A stretch of 64,000 nucleotides of DNA from an uncultured Gammaproteobacteria bacterium. Its GTDB lineage: Bacteria > Pseudomonadota > Gammaproteobacteria > Arenicellales > JAANXG01. The notes under the pieces were generated by a model that saw only the letters and a list, made by a program, of their open reading frames with translations, searched no databases and had not been told where the DNA came from. The position numbers were made by a program, and so were the translations under genes. The stretch spans positions 50,955 to 114,954 of the forward strand of contig CAVSUY010000015.1 in the NCBI GenBank assembly GCA_963731035.1, written 5' to 3'. Position 1 is the stretch's first letter, and the number at the start of each line of letters is the position of its first letter. Of the stretch, positions 9,524 to 18,288 are shown one piece after another.

Positions 9524-10572
9524 GTCACCGTCTCCCGGTCGAACGCGGGCATGACTTCGCGGATAAAAAGGTCGAGGGATCTTTTCTTTTGTGCGAAGCT
9601 CATCCCGCTGTCGATCCAGAAACTGTAGTCGTCGTAGCCCAGAGACTCGTAAGCCTTCAGGCGCTGGATCACCTCGTCGGGCTTGCCGATGACCAGGTTC
9701 CGTCGCATCAGTTCGGGGGCGAACATCTCGTTGGCAGCGATCTCCTCGTCGGTGAATTCCTGTATGAAAGCGTTCCGAATCGGGCGCTCGTTCTTGAACC
9801 AGCCGCTGAAGTAGCTGTAGTAGCGGCTGAAGTCGCGGCACGCGCGCTCCGCCTCCTCGTCGCTCCCGCCCACGTAGGTGTGCCTCAGCACCAGGGACAT
9901 GGGGCGAGGAATCTCAGGATGCGCGGCGCAGGCAGTGTTGAATCGACTCATGAGGCTCGCCACCTCATCGTCTCCCTGCCACAGGGGCGTCACCATCACG
10001 TTGCAGCCATGGCTGACTGCGAAGTCATGGGAACTGGGATCGCGGGCCGCCACCCACAGGGGCGGACAGGGTTTCTGCAGGGGCCGCGGGACGCAGGTGC
10101 TCATTGGAAACGACCAGTGCTCGCCTTCGTGGGCGTAGTCGCCCTGCCACAGCTTCTGCACCGCGGGGATCAACTCGCGCATGGCCGCCCCGGCGGCCAT
10201 GGCATCGATGCCGCTGCCGACCCGGTCGTACTCGAACTGGTACGCGCCGCGGGCGATACCCACCTCGAGCCGGCCGCCGGTGGCGATATCGGTCATAGCC
10301 GCCTCCCCCGCCAGCTTGATCGGATGCCAGAATGGGGCCACCACGGTGCCGGTGCCCAGCCTGATCCTGCTGGTGGTCCCTGCCAGGTTCGCCAGACCAA
10401 TGAACGGGTTCGGGGATATCGTGAACTCCATGGCATGATGCTCGCCCACCCAGGCAGCATCGAAACCACCGTCCTCAGCCGTCTGGACAAGTGTCACCAA
10501 ATCCTTGTAAAGCTCGGCGTGCGACTGCGCCGGATCGAATCTCTCCAGGTGTACGAACAGGGAAAACTTCAT
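9520..10572 (-). CDS. LLM-class (luciferase-like) flavin-dependent monooxygenase
   Basis: Starts MKFSLFVHLERFDP ... AEDGGFDAAWVGEHH, typical of the luciferase-like monooxygenase family. The N-terminal 25 codons of the track ORF have no support. Confidence 0.85.
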   Translation of the reverse strand: MKFSLFVHLERFDPAQSHAELYKDLVTLVQTAEDGGFDAAWVGEHHAMEFTISPNPFIGLANLAGTTSRIRLGTGTVVAPFWHPIKLAGEAAMTDIATGGRLEVGIARGAYQFEYDRVGSGIDAMAAGAAMRELIPAVQKLWQGDYAHEGEHWSFPMSTCVPRPLQKPCPPLWVAARDPSSHDFAVSHGCNVMVTPLWQGDDEVASLMSRFNTACAAHPEIPRPMSLVLRHTYVGGSDEEAERACRDFSRYYSYFSGWFKNERPIRNAFIQEFTDEEIAANEMFAPELMRRNLVIGKPDEVIQRLKAYESLGYDDYSFWIDSGMSFAQKKRSLDLFIREVMPAFDRETVT

Positions 10573-10600
10573 GGTTGTGACTCCGGGATGAGGCTCACGA

Positions 10601-11542
10601 TTACTTGGACACCGCGCGCACGGTGCCGGACCGATGGTCGCCGACATAGATGCCGAAGGTGTTCTCCTGGCGCTCCGTCACATAGCGGCGCAGCATGGTA
10701 CGAATGGCCTCGTCCGGAAGCCGCGGCCAGGGGATTGCGTCGAAGCCAACGAACCGGTCCCGCAGAGCCGGAGAAGGCTCGCGTGCCTCGGCGCGATAGA
10801 AAATGAACTGTACGCCCTGGGCGTCGTCGTCGAACACGGCGTAGATGAAAGACAATTCCATCTCGAGGCCGGCGGCGCGCAGCCGGCCTATCAACGTGCC
10901 GGGATCGTCGTCGGCGCCGAGGCGCGTGCCTGTAGGTGGCTCGAGCTTCCCGTCCGGGCGCGTCTCCAGGTACACCGCCCCGTCGTACTCGATGATCGCT
11001 CCGACCCGTACCGGCGCCGAATCCCGGCCGGCGTTCTGGGCGGCGTTCAGGGCATCCTGGGCAAGACCGAAGGTGACGTAGGCACCTCGGCAGTAGCCCA
11101 ACGGGCTGGACGTGGTGTAGGCGTAGTCGAGGATCCGCCCGATGAGGATGACGTGATCACCGCGCTCCAGTAAGTCGTGGGTCTCGCATTCGAGCCATGC
11201 GGCGACCCCATCCAGGATCGGGCTTCCGGTGCGTCCACGCACATGCCCAACGGCTTCGAAACGAGTGCCGGAGGGGGTGCCGAAAGCACTGGATATCGAC
11301 TGCTGATCCGAGGCCAGTATGTTGATCGCGAAGTGCCGGGTGGATGTGAACACCGGGGCAGTACCGATGGCCTTGCCAATGCAAACCAGCACCAGCGGCG
11401 GCTCCAGGGAGACGGAGGTGAACGAGTTGGCGGTGAATCCCCGCGGCCGATTCTCGCGGTCGACGGTCGTTACCACCGTTACGCCGGTGGCGAAGACCCC
11501 GAGAGCATTCCTCAAATCCCGCGTATCGATGGATGGTGTCAT
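10601..11542 (-). CDS. Flavin reductase (HpaC/RutF-like) with a C-terminal extension of about 150 aa of unknown function
   Basis: LRNALGVFATGVTVVTT ... FTANSFTSVSLEPPLVLVCI is the flavin reductase-like FMN-binding domain. The C-terminal half (VGAIIEYDGAVYLETRPDG...) has a Nudix-like beginning but no Nudix box that I can see. Start taken at ATG 11542 (MTPSIDTRDL). Confidence 0.78.
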   Translation of the reverse strand: MTPSIDTRDLRNALGVFATGVTVVTTVDRENRPRGFTANSFTSVSLEPPLVLVCIGKAIGTAPVFTSTRHFAINILASDQQSISSAFGTPSGTRFEAVGHVRGRTGSPILDGVAAWLECETHDLLERGDHVILIGRILDYAYTTSSPLGYCRGAYVTFGLAQDALNAAQNAGRDSAPVRVGAIIEYDGAVYLETRPDGKLEPPTGTRLGADDDPGTLIGRLRAAGLEMELSFIYAVFDDDAQGVQFIFYRAEAREPSPALRDRFVGFDAIPWPRLPDEAIRTMLRRYVTERQENTFGIYVGDHRSGTVRAVSK

Positions 11543-11549
11543 GACGCGT

Positions 11550-12437
11550 TTACACCGTGCATCTCGACGATTCGGCCGTCCGGACCAGGAACTCTCTTGC
11601 CACACTGTTGAAGCGCGGCGCAGATGCATAGGCCATCATGTGTCGCTCGCCATCGAGCACCGTGGCTTGGCCGAGGGGCGCCTCGGACGCCAAGGCTCGT
11701 GCCATGGCCGGCGTGGAGTTGGGATCCAGCCCCCCGGTCACGAACAACGCCGGAACCTCCAGTTCAGTCAACCGGCCGTCTATCAGCGGGTCGGCTTCGG
11801 CGAACGCCCGATAGGCCCGCGCGTAGCCGCAGGGATCCGCCTGCCGGATCCATTTCGCAACCTGCTCCACCCGGGGCGAATCGAGGTTCCGGGAGTCGCC
11901 GAACCAGCGCTCCAACACCTCGCCCAGGTTCGCCTCCGGCCCACCCCGCTCCAACTCGCGGACGCGCCTACGCGAGACGGCCAGCTGCACTTGCGGCCTT
12001 CGGTAGACCGGGTTGGCCGCGATCATCGCCCGCACCCGCTGACCGTGCTCGAGGGCGAACAGTATGGCGATCAAGGCGCCCATCGAGTGGCCCAACAGCG
12101 CGGCGCGCTCGATATCGAGTGAGTCCAGCAGGTCGTGCAGCTGGGTCACGTAATCCCACAGGGTGGCGCAAGAGGCGGGCAACGTACTGGCACCATGGCC
12201 GAGAGTGTCATAGGCGATCACCCGATAGGCTCCGTCGAAAGCGTCGATCTGCGGCTGCCACACCGACGCGTTCAGTCCCACGCCGTGAATCAGCACCAGG
12301 GCGGGCCCCGTGCCACTGTCGAGATACCTGGTTCTCGCCTCCGGCGTCTTCGTATGACGCCAATCTAAGGGGTTCGCTTCGGTCACGGGGCTCTGGTGTT
12401 CGAGATGCAACTGGATTATAGTATGATGGTATACCAT
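11550..12437 (-). CDS. Alpha/beta-fold hydrolase
   Basis: LVLIHGVGLN and nucleophile elbow GHSMGA. The start is uncertain: ATG 12437 (inside the operator palindrome) or GTG 12386. Confidence 0.75.
   Translation of the reverse strand: MVYHHTIIQLHLEHQSPVTEANPLDWRHTKTPEARTRYLDSGTGPALVLIHGVGLNASVWQPQIDAFDGAYRVIAYDTLGHGASTLPASCATLWDYVTQLHDLLDSLDIERAALLGHSMGALIAILFALEHGQRVRAMIAANPVYRRPQVQLAVSRRRVRELERGGPEANLGEVLERWFGDSRNLDSPRVEQVAKWIRQADPCGYARAYRAFAEADPLIDGRLTELEVPALFVTGGLDPNSTPAMARALASEAPLGQATVLDGERHMMAYASAPRFNSVAREFLVRTAESSRCTV
12426..12437. promoter_or_regulatory. Candidate GntR-family operator, perfect palindrome ATGGTATACCAT
   Basis: Exact 12-bp palindrome with a GT-N-AC core in the AT-rich gap between the divergent GntR gene and the hydrolase operon. 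TATAGT lies just upstream. Confidence 0.5.
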
Positions 12438-12447
12438 ATTACTGTCA

Positions 12448-13185
12448 ATGGCCCGAAATGAAACTGAAGCGATGAATGCCGGCAAGACGAGCGACTCCAG
12501 CACGCTCAAAGTCGAGCGCCCCACCACGACGCTGAAAGAGCTGGCGCTGGACAAGATGCGCAACGCCATCCTTGGATTCCACTTCCAGCCGGGCGAGAGA
12601 CTGGTGGAACGCCGGCTCGCCGAACTGCTGGGCGTCAGCCGGACCGTGGTGCGGGAGGTTCTGCGCTACTTGGAAGCGGAAGGCCTGGTGGAAACCCTCG
12701 CCTACCAGGGACCGGTGGTGGCCCGCCTCGACCTGGATACCGTGGATCAGATCTACGAACTTCGCGCCGTCATCGAAGTGCTGGCAACCCGCGCCTGCGC
12801 CGAACGCATCAGTGCGGGCGACCTCGAGCGGCTACGGGAAACACTAAGTGCCATCGAGGGCGGGTTCAAGGGCGGCGACATGGTGCAGGTGCTCGAGGAG
12901 ACGACGCATTTCTACGCCATCATTTTCACGAGCGCCGGCAAGACCGTGGCCTGGAATGTCTTTCGGAACCTTAACGCGCGCATCAATCAGCTCAGGGCCA
13001 TGACCTTGTCGTCCGCGGGACGCTCGAAGACAGGACCTGTCGAGTTGCGACTGATCGTCGAAGCTATTGGAAGGCATGACCCCGATGGCGCGGAGCGCGC
13101 CTGCCGGGAGCACGTGCGGCAGGCCCACGATATCGCCCGGCGCCGTCTGCGGGAAACCCTCGTCGGTCCCGCCGAACCCGCCTGA
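12448..13185 (+). CDS. GntR-family (FadR/FCD subfamily) transcriptional regulator
   Basis: N-terminal winged helix RLVERRLAELLGVSRTVVREVLRYLEAEGLV followed by an all-helical FCD-like C-terminal domain. Divergent from a catabolic operon. Confidence 0.87.
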   Translation: MARNETEAMNAGKTSDSSTLKVERPTTTLKELALDKMRNAILGFHFQPGERLVERRLAELLGVSRTVVREVLRYLEAEGLVETLAYQGPVVARLDLDTVDQIYELRAVIEVLATRACAERISAGDLERLRETLSAIEGGFKGGDMVQVLEETTHFYAIIFTSAGKTVAWNVFRNLNARINQLRAMTLSSAGRSKTGPVELRLIVEAIGRHDPDGAERACREHVRQAHDIARRRLRETLVGPAEPA

Positions 13186-13249
13186 TTCCGCGGTCGAGGG
13201 TGCGGCCGGTCGCGGATCAGCCTGATCGTAGCCGATGAGCCCGGCCGAC

Positions 13250-13975
13250 CTATTTTTCGACCCACCCGCCGGACGCGAACGCTTCCGAGCGCTCCATTTT
13301 CCCGAGCAGGTACTTCACCAGCCTGTGGAGGTCCTTGGCGGGATGCTCCAGTTTCAGGCCGACCCGAAACAGACCGGGACCCGGGTCTTCCGATGGGGCT
13401 TCGTGGGCGACGCGGGCACGAAGACTCAATTCCCCGATCTGGGATCCGGCGTAGATCGTCAGTTGCACGCTCTGGCCGACGTTGAAGTGGTACGGAACCG
13501 TCACCGCGATCCCTCCATGCGAGATATCCTCCAGGGTCGCCCGAACGTCGGCCGGGTCGTCGAAAAAGATTTCGAGCCTCTGTGCCAGACGGGGATGTTG
13601 CCGACGACCGCCCCCGGGCCCCGCCAGCAGCATCTCGAGCACCTCCTCGAGATGCCTCTCGTCGTGCGTCTTAACGCTGACGAACCGCACCGCCATGATA
13701 TGACCCTCACCATCGCGCTCGACCCGCAGGACTTCGGACGCTATGACAATGGGTTGACCGGGCTTGTAAGGCAGACGGATCTCGAGCTCATCTCCCGGCA
13801 CGCCGGGCGATGACTCGCACCGGATCGATGCGCCGCCCCAGGAGAGGTTTTCGAGCAGAGCGGTATGGATTCGGTCTTCCCGGGTATTGCGGATCTCGAT
13901 CCGCACCTGGGCCCGAATGCGGGGTTGAAGCCGGTTGTCGTCATGCAACGGTGGTTTGCGATCTTTGCTGGTCAT
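13250..13975 (-). CDS. Tandem PilZ-domain protein (putative c-di-GMP receptor)
   Basis: Two copies of the PilZ signature: RIRAQVR ... ENLSWGG, and RLAQR ... EDISHGG. Confidence 0.7.
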   Translation of the reverse strand: MTSKDRKPPLHDDNRLQPRIRAQVRIEIRNTREDRIHTALLENLSWGGASIRCESSPGVPGDELEIRLPYKPGQPIVIASEVLRVERDGEGHIMAVRFVSVKTHDERHLEEVLEMLLAGPGGGRRQHPRLAQRLEIFFDDPADVRATLEDISHGGIAVTVPYHFNVGQSVQLTIYAGSQIGELSLRARVAHEAPSEDPGPGLFRVGLKLEHPAKDLHRLVKYLLGKMERSEAFASGGWVEK

Positions 13976-14060
13976 GACTCTGGTGGATCAAGGTCCGCCC
14001 GCTTGGCGGGCTGCTCCGCGGAGCGCATAATCCCCGGGATCATACTCACGGTTTGAATTC

Positions 14061-15059
14061 TTGTCCGCACCAATTCCCCACAAGCGCTGTTTTTCACGCC
14101 GTCTCGCCGTTGTCCTGGCGGCGCTGGGCCTGTACGCCGCCACTGCCGGGGCCAACGAATACACGCTTCCTTCGCCCGGAGACTCCGTGGTGGGGGAAGT
14201 CAAGATCGTGTCCGTGCGCGCGAGCGATACGCTCCCCGACATCGCCCGCCGCTACAAGGTCGGCTACGAGGAGATCCGGCTTGCCAACCCGGGGGTCGAC
14301 ACCTGGCTGCCCGGCGAAGGAACCGAGGTGGCGGTGCCCGTGCAGTTCGTTCTACCGGACGCGCCGCACGAAGGTATCGTGGTAAACATTCCAGAAATGC
14401 GTTTGTACTACTTCCCGAAGGCCCGGCCCGGAGAGCCGCAGCGTGTTTTCACATACCCGGTCAGCGTCGGACGGGGCAACTGGGAAACGCCGCTGGTGCT
14501 CACCAAGGTCGTTCGCAAGGACAAGAATCCGGCGTGGCGTCCGCCAGCGTCGATCCGCGCGGAACATGCCGCCAACGGTGACCCGCTGCCAATAGTGGTA
14601 CCGCCCGGCCCCTGGAATCCCCTCGGAGACTATGCCCTGCGACTGGGGATATCGGGATATCTCATCCATGGCACCAACAAGCCATACGGAATCGGAATGA
14701 GGGTGACCCACGGGTGCCTGCGCTTGTATCCCGAGGACATCAATGCGCTGTTTCACATGGTGTCCGTCGGGACTCCGGTACGCATCGTCAACCAGCCGGT
14801 GAAGGTGGGTTGGCTCGATGGCCGCTTGTACATCGAAGTGCAACCACCGCTCGGCGAATCGGGCTCCGACAAGCCCGTGAACCTGACACCGCTGGTGAAC
14901 GCCGTCATTGAGGCGACGGGAAAGCTCCCTTCCAAGGGCCTGATCGACTGGGACGCCGTGTATGCTGCCGCCCGGCTCACCACGGGAATCCCTGCCGAGG
15001 TATCCCACGCGCCTATCGCATCTGTTCGGATCAACCAGAACCTGGGACGAACCGACTGA
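14061..15059 (+). CDS. L,D-transpeptidase of the ErfK/YbiS/YcfS/YnhG type (LysM-like segment + YkuD domain)
   Basis: Signal peptide, LysM-like VRASDTLPDIARRYKVGYEEIRLANPGV, YkuD catalytic segment LIHGTNKPYGIGMRVTHGCLRL. TTG start as given by the ORF track (uncertain). Confidence 0.85.
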   Translation: MSAPIPHKRCFSRRLAVVLAALGLYAATAGANEYTLPSPGDSVVGEVKIVSVRASDTLPDIARRYKVGYEEIRLANPGVDTWLPGEGTEVAVPVQFVLPDAPHEGIVVNIPEMRLYYFPKARPGEPQRVFTYPVSVGRGNWETPLVLTKVVRKDKNPAWRPPASIRAEHAANGDPLPIVVPPGPWNPLGDYALRLGISGYLIHGTNKPYGIGMRVTHGCLRLYPEDINALFHMVSVGTPVRIVNQPVKVGWLDGRLYIEVQPPLGESGSDKPVNLTPLVNAVIEATGKLPSKGLIDWDAVYAAARLTTGIPAEVSHAPIASVRINQNLGRTD

Positions 15060-15090
15060 CTGCCCGTGATGCCCGGGGACCGGACCAGAA

Positions 15091-15122
15091 TTCTGGCCGG
15101 CCTCGCCGGAGGCCGGCCAGAA
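15091..15122. terminator. Bidirectional hairpin between convergent genes
   Basis: TTCTGGCCGGCCTC-GCCG-GAGGCCGGCCAGAA: perfect 14-bp stem with a 4-nt loop. There are no long U tracts, so its function as an intrinsic terminator is an inference. Confidence 0.55.
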
Positions 15123-15136
15123 TCCGAGATGACGAA

Positions 15137-15385
15137 CTACTTCATCATCGTCTTCTTGAACATCTTGTCGATCTTCTGATCCGTATCCATGGCGTGCTGA
15201 TTAGCTTCGTCGGCCTTGCTTGCCGCATCCGCCGCCATGGCCTTGGCTTCGTCCGCCGTCTGTTGGGCTCTCTCGGCCATCGCCTTGACCTCGTTCAACT
15301 GCTTCGTGGTCGCGCAACCGGCGGTCGCGGCCAGCATGATGGCCAGCGCCGGAATTCCAACTAGTGCCGAAAAGCTTCGTGTCAT
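15137..15385 (-). CDS. Small alpha-helical outer-membrane lipoprotein, Lpp (Braun lipoprotein)-like
   Basis: 82 aa, lipobox LAATAG|C, Ala/Lys/Glu/Asp-rich helical body, C-terminal lysine (..KKTMMK). Confidence 0.72.
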   Translation of the reverse strand: MTRSFSALVGIPALAIMLAATAGCATTKQLNEVKAMAERAQQTADEAKAMAADAASKADEANQHAMDTDQKIDKMFKKTMMK

Positions 15386-15490
15386 CGAAATCCTCCAAAT
15401 ACAGCTGCCCTCGCGGGCAATGAACGATCATGTCAGTGATCGTATAGTGGATGGGTGTAACCGCCGCTCGGCAACATGCGAACGGCACAC

Positions 15491-16165
15491 TTAATCTATC
15501 ACAACTCGGGTGCCTACATGAATCCAGCGTGTCAGCCGGTCGACCTGCTCGTTGGTCAAGGCGATGCAACCGCGGGTCCAGTTGAACGCCTCGTGCAAAC
15601 GGGGATCGGCTGCTCCCAGTCCGTGGATCCCGATATTGCCTCCGAGCGAGGTGCCCTGGGGAGGGAGACGCCCGGCGCGCACGGCGACACGAATCGCCTT
15701 GAAAGTGGGCTCGTCGATCTCCCCTCGCCGGAGCGCCAGGCTGGCCCGCGCCTCGTTGGGATAATCGATGATGAAGAAACGATGGAATTGGCTCCTCTCC
15801 CGGATCTTGGCCACCCGGAACTCGCCCAGCGGCGTGCTCTGGTCCCCGACAAGGCGGCGGCGGGACACCCCTCCCCGGCCGATGGAAATATCGCTGAAGC
15901 GGGCAATAACGTGCTTGCCGCGCAGCACCGACAGGGTCGCGGTTCCGGTGTCCACACGCACCCAGGTTTCAAGCCCATCCGAATGCGCCGGCATGGTCGT
16001 CGCCAGCGCCAGCCACAACAATCCGGCCAGCCATGAACCCGGCGATCGTGCGGCTCTCGTCCCGGCCGGTGACCCGGGCGCCCTTCCCGGACTCTTCTGG
16101 GGCAGGCCTTGGGCGTTCCCGGCGGGCATGCTGGCGACAAGATCGGTTGGTCGCATTGTCCTCAC
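15491..16165 (-). CDS. YkuD-domain protein of the YafK (COG3034) type
   Basis: VGDQSTPLGEFRV, IIDYPN, IGIHG ... NWTRGCIALTN match the YafK-like L,D-transpeptidase fold. Start uncertain: GTG 16165 directly after the yihY stop, or ATG 16156. Confidence 0.75.
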   Translation of the reverse strand: MRTMRPTDLVASMPAGNAQGLPQKSPGRAPGSPAGTRAARSPGSWLAGLLWLALATTMPAHSDGLETWVRVDTGTATLSVLRGKHVIARFSDISIGRGGVSRRRLVGDQSTPLGEFRVAKIRERSQFHRFFIIDYPNEARASLALRRGEIDEPTFKAIRVAVRAGRLPPQGTSLGGNIGIHGLGAADPRLHEAFNWTRGCIALTNEQVDRLTRWIHVGTRVVID

Positions 16166-17509
16166 CTACCCCGATGCCTGCAGGGAAGCGGTCCCGGCGG
16201 CGGAATCGACCCGGGATACCAGGTCATCGAGTGTCTGTTGACGCAGCCTCTTCTCCAGGGACGCCTCGAAGCTTTTGATCACCGTCTCCACCACTGCGTC
16301 CACCGCGGAGTCCGGCACCGCGGCCCGCAGCGTGCCCCGTACCGACTTCAAGATGTCCTCCACCGTGATCTGATTCAGCGGCACCGCCGGCAAATAGACC
16401 GGCTCGGCGTTGTCCACCGCCAGCAACAGCCGGTTCGATGCAAGTCCATCGAGCACGCGTTCCAGCATGGGCTGGGTGGTTCCCGTATCATCCACCAACG
16501 AATAGATGTCGGTGGCCCCCTTGCCGCTCTTGAAACGGCGGCCGATGCAGATCATCGTGCGCAGGGCCAGCGCCTCGATCTGCCGGGGCGACATGACCGT
16601 ATCGGACTCGCGCAGCCACAGGTACTCCGGATGCTGGTAGTAGAACGCGATCCTGCAGCCCACCAGGAGAATCAACCATGCCAGGTAGACCCAGATAATG
16701 GCCAGGATGCCGATCGCGAAACTCGAGTAGACCGCAGTGTAGTGGGTGGACGCGGCAATAAAGGTCGTGAAACCGACGCCCGCTGTTTCCCACAGCAGTC
16801 CGGCCACCACGGCGCCGGCAAAGGCGGACTCGAGCTTGACACGTGTATAAGGGATCAGCCGGTAGACGAACGTGAACGCGGCAACTATCAGAAGGAACGG
16901 CACCAGCTTTCCGCCCACGGCAATAATCGTCTTGGCGGGCTCGTACGCGGCAAGCCATTGCGCCGGGTCGGAATTCATTGCCGAGCCAGTAACACCGATC
17001 GCCGTAAATACCAGCACCGGACCCACCAGCAGGACGCTCAGGTAGTCGCTGAACGTCCTGCTCAAAGTTCTTTTCCCCCGGCTCTTCCAGATGAAATTAA
17101 ACGCTTCCTCGATCTTCTGCATCAGTGAGATCACTGTGTAGATGAGGAACCCCAGGCCCACGGCTCCCAGCACCCCCACCCGTATGTTGTCCACGAACTG
17201 AATCACCTGCTGGGTGACCTCGGCACCCTTGGATCCCAGGGGGGCCAGGAACGTCAACAGAGCGGGTTCGAGGTGGTTGTGGACGCCGAACGCCTTCAAA
17301 ACCGAGAAGCTGACCGCCAGAACAGGCACGATGGAAAGCACGGTCGTGTAGACCAGGCTCATCGCGTACAGGTTGATCTGTCCCTTGTACAGGTCGTCTA
17401 TGAGGCAATCGACTACCCGCGCCGCTTGAAAAAGCCAGCGAACCGGCCGGCTGCGATCAGGCGGCGTGGGTCCCCAGATGGCACCCCGCAGATCTAGTAT
17501 CGGACGCAT
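16166..17509 (-). CDS. YihY/BrkB-family inner membrane protein with a C-terminal soluble domain
   Basis: 447 aa. Multiple TM segments (LYAMSLVYTTVLSIVPVLAV, GVLGAVGLGFLIYTVISL, ...) in the arrangement typical of the YihY family. Confidence 0.8.
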   Translation of the reverse strand: MRPILDLRGAIWGPTPPDRSRPVRWLFQAARVVDCLIDDLYKGQINLYAMSLVYTTVLSIVPVLAVSFSVLKAFGVHNHLEPALLTFLAPLGSKGAEVTQQVIQFVDNIRVGVLGAVGLGFLIYTVISLMQKIEEAFNFIWKSRGKRTLSRTFSDYLSVLLVGPVLVFTAIGVTGSAMNSDPAQWLAAYEPAKTIIAVGGKLVPFLLIVAAFTFVYRLIPYTRVKLESAFAGAVVAGLLWETAGVGFTTFIAASTHYTAVYSSFAIGILAIIWVYLAWLILLVGCRIAFYYQHPEYLWLRESDTVMSPRQIEALALRTMICIGRRFKSGKGATDIYSLVDDTGTTQPMLERVLDGLASNRLLLAVDNAEPVYLPAVPLNQITVEDILKSVRGTLRAAVPDSAVDAVVETVIKSFEASLEKRLRQQTLDDLVSRVDSAAGTASLQASG

Positions 17510-17604
17510 GTCTCGACGGTGGCAGTATGATCTCCCGATTATAGCGACTGCACCCCGGGACGCGACGTGCCGGCCTCAACTATCCGGCGGTTTCGGTCCT
17601 GTCG

Positions 17605-17949
17605 TCAATGGCCCCAGCCGCGCTCGCCGTGCCAGTAGCGGTCGTGGTCGTGGTCGTGTCCGTAGAAACGTCGCACGGGCGGGCGATAGCTGTATCCGTA
17701 AGAACGATATCCGTGCCAGTACGGCGGACGCACCCAGGATGGTCCCTCGTACGCGTGCCGCCGGTCATTGTGGCGCCGCTCGTATTCGTGCCGGTACCCG
17801 CCATAGTGACGGTAGCCGGAGTTGTAATCAAAGTAGTAGATTCCGCCGGGCCCGAATGCCAGGCCCACGCTGTCGGCGCGGGCGGTTCCACCGATACCGA
17901 ACAGCAGGACCGCGAGAGCGGGGAGAATTGCGTAACGAACAGGTTTCAT
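17605..17949 (-). CDS. Small secreted Tyr/His/Arg/Gly-rich protein (114 aa), function unknown
   Basis: Internal ATG 17947-17949 preceded by GAAGGAGG. Signal peptide MKPVRYAILPALAVLLFGIGGTARA. The mature part is rich in Y, H, R and G and contains HDHDHD. Confidence 0.55.
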   Translation of the reverse strand: MKPVRYAILPALAVLLFGIGGTARADSVGLAFGPGGIYYFDYNSGYRHYGGYRHEYERRHNDRRHAYEGPSWVRPPYWHGYRSYGYSYRPPVRRFYGHDHDHDRYWHGERGWGH

Positions 17950-18194
17950 GGTCGCCTCCTTCAGGCATGACAGCAGTTCTGTCGCGAGAAAGAGTATTCC
18001 CCGCCCCCTGAACCGCTGCTGAACACCGCGTGAACGGCGGCTGAACCTGAGCACCCGCAGGTGCCGCCGCCATTGCGACGACTGTATGGACGAAGGAGGC
18101 AGAGCAACGCAGGAGCCAAAGTCGAGGCGGCGAAGTGTCTGTGGCAAACCAGAAACACGGCAAACCCGAAGCCGCGGTTCCGTTCCAATTCCGG

Positions 18195-18222
18195 GTCGCC
18201 GCTGAAGTCGCTCCTGCAATCC
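18195..18222. repeat. Degenerate REP copy (4 mismatches to the window consensus)
   Basis: GTCGCCGCTGAAGTCGCTCCTGCAATCC versus consensus ATCGCGGCTGAAGCCGCTCCTACAATCC. It lies inside the unsupported N-terminal extension of ORF 18061-19575. Confidence 0.5.
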
Positions 18223-18288
18223 GAAAGCACGCGGCCGACACCGACTGATGTACGATCCGCCTTTGCGCTTGCCGCGCCAGGTTCAGCC

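Noticed and set aside
9524-9841. N-terminal 106 codons of the aldehyde dehydrogenase ORF, and likewise the leading 25-30 codons of the LLM, flavin reductase and lspA ORFs.
   Set aside because: They overlap the upstream genes and have no family resemblance. Internal ATGs coincide with the conserved N-termini and with ATGA-type coupling.
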